Part shown: positions 11,730 through 22,807 of the stretch, piece by piece
Layout: each line of letters opens with the position of its first letter
Position numbering within the stretch: position 1 is the stretch's first letter
Origin: Curvularia clavata
Lineage: Eukaryota
Direction of reading: 5' to 3'
NCBI GenBank assembly: GCA_023920165.1
Contig: CP089276.1
Coordinates: forward strand, 4,030,001 to 4,094,000
Length of the DNA: 64,000 nt
The notes under the pieces: generated by a model
The model's input: only the letters and a program-made list of their open reading frames with translations
Told to the model about the DNA's origin: nothing
Database searches by the model: none
Program-made: the position numbers and the translations under genes

Positions 11730-12708
11730 GTTGTGTGGTGTTGATGTCCAGTCGCACAAGAAGAATAGTTACAGGAGCGTGAAGCAAAACCCTAAACTTC
11801 CCCAATACTTGAATACTCAAGTCTCAAAGGTTTCTGGTACTGAGAGAACAAGCTGGACCGCACCCAGAAGTTGGATAGAGCGTAGCGGACCCTAAAAGCC
11901 TCGGCTCGAAAGCTTCTAGTCAAGTGCAGAAAGAAACACAGGAAGTAACAGCTGCTTGAGAAGCGACAACAAGACGAGGAACAAGAATTGTGAGTCAAGT
12001 GAAAGCGCCAGGAAATTCGTCAGTCATATTCCTACCAGTGCTGATCAGAAGCTACCCGCGGGTAGCAGGTCAGATACTCATTCGCTCCGCCAGCCTCGGC
12101 CTGGGCTCACGCCAGGGCCGAATGTCTGAGTTTAGTCTGGCACGCGTCTGTGTTTGGCATGACCTAGCTGGCGAAGGACGGGGTCGCTTGGCATACCCCG
12201 GATTTTGCCATCGTGGACGAGCGGAAGTTACGATGCGCTGATGTCGTTCGGCCGGGGATCGGCTCAGGGAACTACGTTGCCGAGCTTCCAGTCCTAAGCC
12301 ACCCCTCGCAATTGACTGCCCATACCATGACGTGGGGAGAAGATCGGCTCTGGCCCAGGTGTGGTTTCGAGTTGGTGCATTTTCATGAGCTCGTGCGCAT
12401 GTCAGTAGCAGTGGGGATGGGGATGAGGGGTGGAACGATCGACATGTGAAAGTGTGGGAGTATGACGTTGGAAGGGTAATCGGAAATATTTCCGATGCAG
12501 TCCTGTACTTCCCGAAGACGGCTTGACAATGCACGTGCGCGAAGATGCCTCGGAACCTAGCACGTGTGCGTTCCCGTCTTGTTCTCGCAAATATATTTAG
12601 GAATGGCTGTTGACGGATATGTGAGCGGGAGAAATGAAGCCGCAAAGATGACAATGGGTATATTCGTACTACAGGACCGAAAACACCCCTATACCGAACC
12701 TAACACCC

Positions 12709-15583
12709 TCAAAGAAACTTGACCTCATTGAACAAGCTGGCCCTTACTTGCATCAGTGCCACCAGCTCCAGCACAAAGTTCTGCAGAATCACAACGTTCG
12801 TGATGATATGTAGCAGACTAGCCTCTCGGACATCCTCTTCCTCGGCTTCCTCAGCACCCTCCGTCGCGTTTTCAGAGGGCTCCTTTGGTGGCGGCTGGAA
12901 CTTGGATAGCATAACTTCAACTTCTTTTGATCCAGCCGCACGCCGGAAGCGGATACGTCTTTTGCCAAACTGATTCATCCTGATTTGCGCTATGCTGGCA
13001 TCAACATCGGACATCAGCGATGGCTGTAACATGCTGACGTTTTGTACCGAGAGTGGGGACGCTGCGCGAGCAGGTGACCCTACGAGCGTCTGCCCACCAT
13101 ATCTGGAGGGGACAGGGGATGCTCCAGGGGTATTTCTTGAACTCGACAGTGTTTCTTTCCTTCCTCTGGGGGACTGAGCCCGTGATGGCGTTTTTGGTGG
13201 ATCTAGAACGTGTTTTGGAATCTGTGGTGTCCAAGATCCTGGCGGTATTTCGGAAGGAGCCTTGACTGGCTTTGACTGAGGTGTAGCCATTCTTGACTCA
13301 TCTACTATGTCTTGGTGCATACGGAAGGTATTTTTGCGGTTAGCGACCTGCTCATCAAAATCCTTGATGTCGCTCCGGAGGGCATTGACTTGAGCTTGGA
13401 GCTGCTGCAGGCATGCAAGCAGCTGGGGTGTGGCGGCCTGGTTCCAAGTTGGAAACCTCTCGGCCATGTACATAGCCCGTAAGTTGTCATTTGAGAACAC
13501 CTCAGCTTCGGAGTTGTTGCTCTCAAAGTGATAGTCAGCAGGGTCAACGGACAGCCAACCTTCCAGACGAAGCTGGGAGCATGTTCCGAGCGTGATAATT
13601 GCCTCGGTAAGTGCTAAATTAGTCTCGACGTCGTTGGTGAGGAACGTCAACAGCAAGTCGATAAAGGTCTGGAAGAGTGGGTCCTCTGGAAGCAGGTGAT
13701 GTGGATCAACATCTCTAGCCGAGGCTTCAGCTGAGTCGAAGTAGCCTTGGTTCTTCGCGGACATGGCTGGTATACCGATCGTCTTCAGCGAACAGGGATG
13801 CGATTCCAGTAAACTCAATACGTCTTTGAGATAGTTGTCGTAAGCTTCGTCGACGCCTTCGAGTCCAGCAAGGTCTACCGCAACACCCAGATAGACCTCA
13901 AGTTCTTTGTTCAACGATCCCACTGTCCTCTGATGTTCTTTGTGGTGAAGACTCATGACCTTTACGAGGGATCCAAGGGCATAGCCATGGCTTTTGCTCA
14001 GTATCACTGTTGTCAACTTCAATGCAGCAGTAACGGTTTGGGGATTCCGAGAGGCCGTGCTACCAAGCACAAGATCGACCAGATTGAACAGCGATGGGTT
14101 CAGTTTGTCCTCATCCTTGTCGGTTGCGCTGAGAAGCATGAGCGACTGGCGTCTTTTAACTGCGGCTGGTGAACGTGGAGCTGTAGAGGTCGTATAGTCT
14201 AGTAGTGCTAACAGATACTGAAGCATCATGTGGACGAGTTCCGGGTGGTCTAGACCGTCCAGAATATGACGAAGATATGTAAGTACAGCAACTGAAGAAC
14301 CACCGTCGGCGTCAGAAGATTCCAAAAGCGAAGGATATCTATGTGTGATCAGCGGAGTGCACACAGAATGTGCATGTTGGATACATACAAGAGCTGCTGA
14401 AGAAAAAGGGCCTGAAAGTGGTCGATCAGTGTGACTCTGACGTCTACCGATCTGCAATGCTCCAATACATCCTGCCAGAATGCTAGGTAAGATAGAAACG
14501 TGAGAAGATGGCCTTGGAAGTCGACACTAAAGAAGTTTTCTGCTTGTGGGTTAGGCTTCATATCAGTGTAGTCGGAAAGAGACAGTATCAGGGGCAGTTC
14601 GTGCGGGGGATGCAGGATAGACAGTTTCCTAGGCAATGTTAGTTTCGAGTAGAAGCAAAGGCCAAAGAAGTCATGTACCTGCTCATTTGACTGTATAACG
14701 CCCCCAGTCCCGTAGCCATGAGCGTAGGAAGGTCGCTGTTCACTATCCACTGCTCCAAGTCAATAGACCTAGAAGCAGATTCGAAAATGTACAGTAAGCC
14801 AGTGCGTGCAAAGTCTCCGATACGGCCTTCATGGTGGACATGGTCAATAAGTTGGTAGCATAACGGAAAATCCTCCTTTTGCGTGACACCCGCGAAATCG
14901 GTCTTCTGATTGAGCAGCCGCCGTTGGCTGTCTGCAGATGTCGTGGTGAACCATACGTGCAATATCTCTGGTTGCAGCCTAATCTTCGCCGCGATACCAA
15001 ACAGAAGCTCAACAATATCGGCCTCGATATCTTCACCAATGCCTATACTGCCTGATCCGATTGTCCGGTCGATGAAGTTCATGAGCGAGGCAGCAAAGAC
15101 ATCGTTCTCGAGAAAGTCCTCTTCCTCGCTATCGATAAGGGCATTGTAGAATGCGACTGCGTCCCTAACGGTGCCTTCGTCGTGTGCGGTAGCTGCTATC
15201 TTAGATACTGCTGTGTATATCTGCTGGGCAGCGGCGAACTGCAGACACATGTGGGGTGCCGGTGATCGGGACTCATCGCTGAGTATCGCGGTGAGGGCCT
15301 GGAACCCACGACGGATATTCCCCAGGGCTTCGCGGTCGCTTGCGAGGTTGGTTGCCTTTTGCCATGTTTGCTGCTGCCTGTCAGGGGCTGTGTATCGTTG
15401 TGCGGGCACACTGGCATACCAGTACTTGGTTGTATCGCTGCCGGAAGCGTGTCAACCGCTGTTGCGGGTTATTTGGCGCCGCCTGTTTCTTCTTCTGGGA
15501 CGAGCCGCCGAGTAGCCTCACCCACTGTGCACAGTCAGCTTCGCCATCATCGTCCTGCCGTCGGCCATACGCACGAAGTCCAT
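12709..15583 (-). CDS. RAI16-like / FAM160 (FHIP) family protein (multi-exon)
   Basis: 9-nt first coding exon ATGGACTTC (15583-15575) gives MDF|WVRLLGG. Family motifs HHEGRIGDFARTGLL, LMATGLGALYSQ, YPSLLESSDADGGS and NVVILQNFVLELVALMQVRASLF. Confidence 0.9.
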
Positions 15584-15891
15584 TTGATCTCTTACTCACC
15601 CCGCATTTGGGCCGCGTACGTGGGGGCAATGATGGCTGGAGTGATGTTGACGCGGAGCGCGCCGTGTTGGTGGAGCGAGCTTCAAACCAATCGTGTTGCA
15701 TCTTCTCCGCGGGGCAGGTACCACCATTCTCTTCGCTGCCAACATCTTCACTAGTGATACATCTACCACGCAAGCAAGACTCGTTATAACAAAGGCAGTA
15801 TATTAGGGTCTACGGAAATACTCGGTACAACTGGAAAAAGGTTGGATATAAATCTGGATGCTTAAAATGCCCACAAAAAAAAGACGAATGC

Positions 15892-17148
15892 TCAGATGGC
15901 CGCCTCCTCAGCTGTCCATTTGACCTCCTTGACACGGTCACCATTCAGAGTGGCAAGTCCACTCATACCTAGCATGAAATCTCTGCCCTTAAGCAGCCAA
16001 ACAACGAAACTCGGCAGTTTCCATCCCATGATTGCACCGACACCGCCGCCACTTCCAATCGGGACTATCATGGACTCTTTCGTCTCCAGCTTGAACTCCC
16101 GATCTTTTCCCTTGGGCTTCTCATAAGCATTTGCGGGGTTGAAAGAGAGCAAGTCGCGCTTGAGGTTGATGCCAAGAGCTGGCATACCACTCATGATATC
16201 CCAGACGATATTACGCGAATAGCTGGCGACATCGCCAAAACCATAGACGCGTGGGCCTGCTGCATCAACTCGAAGAGTGGATTCATTGGTAACAAGGAAG
16301 CCTCTGTCATTCAAAAGCTCCTTAGGAAGCCAAGAAGAGTTCGGTCGGACGCCGTAAGCGGGCACGAAGAGATCGGCCTCAAGCTTGTTGCCATTCCCGA
16401 GGACAACAACCGTCTGACCATCCTTATTAAGTGAGGAATCTGTCACACGTGTGTTGTAGATGACCTTCACACCAAGAGCATTGAGTTTGCGTTCTGCAGC
16501 TTCAGCAATGGCAGGGCGTAGACCAGGCAGGAGCTTCTGATCGGCTGTGATCAACGTAATCTCCACTTGGGGCTTGACTTTGCTGAAAAACCCCGGCTTG
16601 CCATTGCGATGCTCAGCGACTTCACCAGCAAATTCCACTGCCGTAGGACCACCTCCAACAATGACAATCTTCTTTGCTGCTGTAACCTTCTCGTTGGTCG
16701 AAGCGATGGAATCCAAAGTATCTTGAGCATCTCCACTCATGGAAAAGGCGGGATAGTATGTGCTGCTGCCTGTAGCAACAATCAAGGCATGATAGGTCAA
16801 AGCCTGGTCTTCGGCTCCTTTTTTGCTGCGATAAAGAACCCTTCGTGTTGAAGTCTCGAGGCCAGTTGCCGAAGCCTCAATGAATGTAAAGTCTTCCTGG
16901 GAGTACTGCTTGAACCCCTCGTGCAAGTCGAACATGACTTTCTCGGTCGACATACGACCTGTGGAAGCTGCTACTCGGGGCGACGCGAACCTATAGTACC
17001 ATTGCGAAGATGGCGAGATATTATAGACGTGGTATTTGGCGTCCTTTTTAGCTTTGAGCGTCGGCAGAATGTACCTCAGTATGTAATGGGTCGCTTGAAG
17101 ACCGGCGGCTGAGGCGCCGAGCACGACGATGTTGCGCTCTTCTGACAT
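15892..17148 (-). CDS. AMID/AIF-like FAD-dependent pyridine nucleotide-disulfide oxidoreductase
   Basis: Rossmann motifs IVVLGASAAG and IVIVGGGPTAVEFAGE, plus LIVATGS and YGFGD. Confidence 0.9.
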   Translation of the reverse strand: MSEERNIVVLGASAAGLQATHYILRYILPTLKAKKDAKYHVYNISPSSQWYYRFASPRVAASTGRMSTEKVMFDLHEGFKQYSQEDFTFIEASATGLETSTRRVLYRSKKGAEDQALTYHALIVATGSSTYYPAFSMSGDAQDTLDSIASTNEKVTAAKKIVIVGGGPTAVEFAGEVAEHRNGKPGFFSKVKPQVEITLITADQKLLPGLRPAIAEAAERKLNALGVKVIYNTRVTDSSLNKDGQTVVVLGNGNKLEADLFVPAYGVRPNSSWLPKELLNDRGFLVTNESTLRVDAAGPRVYGFGDVASYSRNIVWDIMSGMPALGINLKRDLLSFNPANAYEKPKGKDREFKLETKESMIVPIGSGGGVGAIMGWKLPSFVVWLLKGRDFMLGMSGLATLNGDRVKEVKWTAEEAAI

Positions 17149-17836
17149 GACTGATATTTGAATTTGATGAAATAGTAGATATCTTAAGAACGAAGAAAGG
17201 GAGAGATGTGAAGTACTGAGTGAATTGCAAGACGAGAATGCCTAGCTATACATATATTATTTCTGCATGAGGACTTGTTATCTTATCGCGGACTAATTTT
17301 GATACACTTCTGAACCTTGATTGCCATGTTAAAATGAATACTAATTCGCCGAAAAGCAAAACCTTGCGTAGAATGCTACAGTCGCGTCGGTCGCGATTGT
17401 GTCGCGAAAGATGACGAGGTTTGTAATGCGCGCCGGCAGCCGGATCCTGCAGCATCCGCATATTCGTAAGCATACCGACAAATCTCCAGCAGCTTTGATT
17501 GGCTGTAAACCCCCAGCCACAGCATTACGTGCCATAATTTCGATCGGAAACTGTCGTCCGCTTTGAAATAATCCAGAGGACACTAGCCTTGATTAGAAAA
17601 GAGAGTTTGGTGGATGGATTCGAGGTTGTACAAAGGTGCTTTGTTGCCAGTCTTCGTTGTCAGAGCACTTCGTTCCTTCAGCACCACTCTCGTGAGCGCC
17701 TTCAACTATGGGGCCCATGCGCATGAAAGTAAACAAAACCACATCTTCTCATTCTTCGTACTGCTCCTGATCAATTCACATCCCGTCCTCTTCCTGCAAC
17801 CACTTCCATGTTCGCTATCTTCTTTGTTTCCTTGTT

Positions 17837-20800
17837 TCACCAGGCTGTTTCCCCGTGCACGTTTTCTCTCTGCTGGTACTCGGTCCACTCGGTACCTAGG
17901 AGACCCAAACCGCCGGACGTATAGGCCAAACCCTGTGAGAAGTTGTTCTCAGAAGAAGAGAACACTCTCCGCTGCGCTTCCGCACCGAGTTGCTCGACCA
18001 GATCCTTCGCAGCTATTTGACCGTTATTTTCCGCAAACTCTCGGGCTCTGCGGATTTGTTCGCCTCCATCTGACAAAATATTAACGTCTCGATGAAAAAG
18101 CAAGAGAAGCATATCTATTCTTCCATGCTCTGCTGCAAACTCAAATGCAGTTCTCCCCAGATATTTACTTCCCGGCGCATTGATGTCTGCGCCGTGTTCG
18201 ATAAGCATTTCTGCAATGCGGATAGAGCCAGCCTTAGCAGCATATTGGAGAGCAGTTCCCCCCTCCCAGATGCAGGGCGAGCCATTGACATCAACCCCTT
18301 GCTCCAGAAGAAACTTGACAATTTCGAAATTACCCAGCTCAACGGCCAGCTGCAGAGCGGTGCGATTGATGCGAAGTATTGCACCGAAATTGAGATTTGC
18401 CCCTGCGTTGTGCAGAAGCTTGACCATGTCAAGATTTCCAGTTGATATTGCCTTCAACACAGCGTTCAATCTGCCTTTATTCGAAAACTCGACAGTGCTG
18501 TTAGGATTGCCGTCAGAATCCAGCAGAATTTGTACGACCTTGATATTCCCAGTGGCGATCCCTTTCCCAAGTAATGAAGGGAGGTACCGAGTCATAAAAC
18601 CGTCGTCCCTGAGGTACAATGTCATATTAACATCAACATGTCCTACGAGCATCCTGACCAGTATTTCGTCTTTGTTTTCGATCGCCTCGCGCAGCGCTGG
18701 AATGGCGAAGGTTTTATAACCATTAGGATATCGCTGGCAAAACGAAACAAGAATAGCTCTGGCCAATTTACAAGACTTCTTTGCAGCAGCTTGAAGTGCA
18801 CAGGGATCATTTGGATCCGCGCCATGGTCGAGCAGATACTGAACGAATTGTTCGTGACCACATTGAACTGCTTCTTGCAGAGGGGAGTTGTTGTTCATAG
18901 GAGAGGTGCCATCAATATCCGCTCCATTTTCGAGCAGGCACCGAGCAGTTTCGTGATCCCCCTGGCGAACGGCCTGTTCAAGAGGTGTCCGGATCTCCCA
19001 TCTGAATGACCGTAGTTGCAGAGGCCGAAGAGCAGTTCTTGCTCCACTGACACTAACACCGGCATCGATCAACAATCTTAGAATATCGCGATCGCCCCAG
19101 CGTACAGCGAGGTAAGCAATAGCTGTTTCAGATTCGGTTGAGTTGGTTGAATTGAGGAATAGCTCAAGAAGCCGGGCGTTGCGTGTCAGGATAGCGGCAG
19201 CAATACTAGTATAGTTTGGTCGTACTCCAGCCATCATGAGAAGCTCGACAATGTCATCGTTCCCCCCCAATGTAGCAGCAGCCACCAAAACTGGGAAGAA
19301 TGGGTCCCTCACTTCAAATTTCCCTATCCCCATCGCGAGGAACTCTTGGACTATATCCTTGTTTCCCACTTCAGCCGCCGCGAGAATTATGCTCCTAATA
19401 CACTCTGGGCTTATATATGCTTGTGATGGGCCGTAGCTTTTGAAAAGAGTGACTATCTCTTGACGTCCATATCTAATGGCTTCGGCAAATGGCGTAGTCG
19501 GGCAAGTTTCGAACGAATAGCCTTCCAATAGAGCTGAATCTACTGCTGAAGGGAAGATCCTCATAGGGCCTTTCCCTCCAAAATCCAACGAGAAACCTCC
19601 AGGGAAAAGGTCGTGGATTCCAACACCTAGTTGTATGTACCTCTCGACCAGTACGAGGTTGTTACCGTAAATCGCATTATAAAGACATGCCAAGTTCGGA
19701 GTCAAACCAGATTCCAGGCAATAGTCAACTAAGCTGATAATGCCCTGTTTGGAAGCAATCTCAAAAACGAATTTAAGATATTGCTCAGCGCCTTGGAGCT
19801 CTTCTTCGAGAGTGAGGCCTTGAAACGCTGACTGTAATACTGCAATGACCTTTTCGGCTCTGCAGAAGCCCAAAAAATCAGAAATTATGTTGATTGATGA
19901 GAAAGATTCACCGGCGAAGTCGATTGGAAGCTTGTTATACTGTATGTAGACATCTAGTACAGTTTCGCATCTCCAAAATCTAGAACTCTCCAGCATTCTT
20001 ATGGGAATTCTAGCCCGAGCTTCCAAGAGGTATCGTAGAATGCCGCTGTCTATTGGCGGGCCATTTACCCCAGATGACCAAGGGATGAGGCCAATAAGAA
20101 TATATATGGGACTGGAAGATGGATTCTGATGTATCGTCTGGTTAGGATTCGCACCTGCGTGTAACAAGATCTTCACAATTTCGAGACTACAAAACTTGCA
20201 TGCTAGACCGAGAGGCGTATATCGACGGCCACCAAAGCGGCAAGTGACCCGATTGATATCAAGACCTCTTCGTAATACTGCACTGACGAGGACTGGTATA
20301 TTAGACTTTATGGCGATGGTCAGGATGCTTTGCTGCAGCGCCGCGGCATACAGATGCGGTAGGGCGTCCAGGATATCTTCCATGTGAGCGACAGAAAATT
20401 GTCTGACCTGTTCAAATATGGTATCAAAGGCTGCATAGTCAGAGCCAGCGAAATTGTTCATAAGCAGATATAGTATCTGCTTCAATATGACCACATCCAC
20501 AGAGCTTCTCTGAAGTTCTTGACCGGGTTCGCCAGGGAGCAGATGCTTCGTTTGGTTGATTGAAGCGAGAATCTTCGATTGATTGTTTCTGAAAAGAGCA
20601 CGAAATCCACGGAAGAATGGTTTATTGAGATCCGTAAACAAAGAAATAGTGTTCTTGGGTATATAGAAAATATCCCGAAACTCTGCTATACCTGAAAAAG
20701 AGGTCGACGGGCTTCTTCGGATGGGCGTAACTAATGGCAATGTATCCGAGTGAGGAAAATGCGGGGACGTATCCCTGTGGAAGTTTGGTGTTGGGTGATC

Positions 20801-21468
20801 TGAAAACACTCTGTTGTAGAGATTATTGAGGTTGTTCGTTTGATAACAATTGTGACTTGATTCCAGATTCCAGGGTTCTTCAGGAATAAGTAAGTTGGTG
20901 GGAAAGTCTGTCGTTTGTGGGTCGTCCAAGTAGGTGCCTTGGGCTTCCAAGCTGACAATCGTCTCTTCCGCCTCATCTTGATACTGATTCTCTTGGTTCC
21001 CGTCCTCTTGATCTGATTGAACCTCAACGCCGGGAGGCAGTTCTCTCTTTAGACAGCACTCTCTATTCGTCTCACATTTCCTATAACGGGCTGTCTCTTT
21101 TCTCACTTTTTCATCGGCGAGGCATGTTCCATGGGCATACACGCGGCTGAAAAGCCCAGCCTCGTCTCGTTCCTCTATAATACGGCCTAAAGTATGCCAG
21201 GTTTCACGGGTCAATTTCTTCTTGAAACCCCATCGTATGAACTGAGATTCATATTGTGGTTTGCTTAGAAAAGTAGATATCAGCTTACAAATCACACAGA
21301 AGAATTTGTAGAGTCTCACCTTGCAGAGAAGCCTTTCAGTTTCATGAGTTCAATAACACCGCCTTCCCCCTTAAGGCTCTTGCCTTCAGACAAATAAAGA
21401 TTTTCGATCGTGTCTTTATGACTCTCCCATTTCGTTTGGGATATCCTGGGATGATTTTTTTTCGGCAT
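17837..21468 (-). CDS. Clr5-domain / ankyrin-repeat protein (about 1190 aa)
   Basis: Exon 1 (21468-21320) MPKKNHPRISQTKWESHKDTIENLYLSEGKSLKGEGGVIELMKLKGFSA, intron 21319-21264, then SKPQYESQFIRWGFKKKL. This matches the Clr5 pattern W..HK..I..LY..E..SL..V...M...F.AS..QY...F..WG..K. Many ankyrin repeats follow (TPLGLAC, TPLEQAV, SPLQEAV, TALQLAV, TALQYAA, TAFEFAAEHG). Confidence 0.9.
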
Positions 21469-21571
21469 GACTAAGATACAAATCGTAAGGTTGAGAAGAA
21501 AGAATTGGGGTAATGTCTTATAAGCTGCTGTTGAGAGGAAATCAAGCAGTGGTTAAATACCAGGTCGAGCA

Positions 21572-22283
21572 ACAGATTCTAGGAAACAGAATCTGGAAGA
21601 AGGGTTGGGAAACCAGAATCTGGAGTTGGGCATCCTAATCAACAATCCAGATTCTGGAATTCAAGCTTGGCGATTGGTTAGGCGTCTCTACGCAAGCCCT
21701 TCAGAGGTGCAAGGCTGAACCGTCCTCGCTTCACCGGTCTGCCCTCTGTCGTTTGATTCGAGCGGTAAACGCTGCATGCATCAGCCACAATGTGATATGC
21801 GCAACACGTTGCAGCTGAGTTGCATAGAAGCCATCCAGTAGACTAGACGCAAACCAGAATCTGGATTTCGCTACGGCTGCAGATTGTGGTGACGGCCTCA
21901 TTCAGTCTTGGATGCCACGTCGGTTCCACGTCAGCGGCCATACTCTCTGTCCTGAGTATGTCGGAGAGAATTGTTTTCGGCAGCACAACAATAACGTCTG
22001 TTACAGCTGAAACCATCGAGGTGGGTGCGTGTGAAGGGGTAGGTGGTTGATAGCTGATCTCTCGGAATGTCGGAATATCGGAAACGACTATCACTTCCCC
22101 TGTTACTCATGTCTATTCCAGAATCTGGATATTTGCAGAAATTGGTACAAATTCGAATATCAGATTCTGGAACAAAGCGGAATATGAGTATCACTACCAG
22201 ATTCTGGATATACTGCGCCACAAAACATGATGCGCAACGCCTTCATCGCTTACTCTGGGAAGAAAACCATGACCAGTTTCTGG
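21572..22283. promoter_or_regulatory. Array of palindromic CCAGA(A/T)TCTGG sites in a divergent intergenic region
   Basis: Perfect copies at 21613, 21647, 21854, 22118 and 22197. One-mismatch copies at 21586, 22160 and 22273. Two-mismatch copy at 21572. Confidence 0.85.
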
Positions 22284-22430
22284 TTTAGAGGTAAGTATCT
22301 AAATGGTGACCTCCATTGCTATTCTGAAGTCTTCACGGCACATACCCTCCATCAAGTGCGTGTTGTAACTACTCTAAATCCTTGAACAACACATAACATA
22401 ACATCTCCTTCTCGAATATCATTCAAAAAC

Positions 22431-22713
22431 ATGAGCAACTGGTCCCTCGAAGCGCGCATAGCCCTCATAGCTCTATTCGTGCAACCTACAATACCCGCCC
22501 TCGCTCTCTGCGCCAGGATAGCATGGCGAAAATGGTATCCTCGACGCGAAAGTAAGATTACTTGGACACAGCATGTGCAGCAACAAACTAACATGCTCAG
22601 CCGTCCCCCTGACGTTACTTCCACTACATCATCAGCGCCTCCCAACAGTGCTTCCGCTACCGCAATATCGAAGCCTCCTGACGAGAACATGGACACTGCA
22701 TACATATGTATAA
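22431..22713 (+). CDS. Small single-pass membrane protein (77 aa, spliced)
   Basis: AAACATG start. Exon 1 (22431-22551) MSNWSLEARIALIALFVQPTIPALALCARIAWRKWYPRRE has a hydrophobic helix followed by a basic patch. Canonical intron 22552-22600 (GTAAGA..CTAAC..CAG), exon 2 to TAA 22713. Probable 5'UTR intron 22291-22329 (GTAAGT..GCTAAT..AAG). Confidence 0.7.
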
Positions 22714-22807
22714 CCACATTGAAGGGAACCTGTAACAATACAAAACTGGGTTGGCGTCAATTATTTATACCAATTACAAAATACATTACATGCATCTCGT
22801 ATTACCA

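Noticed and set aside
17837..21468. NLR (NACHT/NB-ARC) gene
   Set aside because: No Walker A P-loop is seen. The architecture is Clr5 plus ankyrin only.
21572..22283. CRISPR-like array or heat-shock elements
   Set aside because: The repeats are only 11 bp, irregularly spaced and in a eukaryotic context with no cas genes. Some copies contain TTCnnGAA, but none extends to a three-unit HSE.
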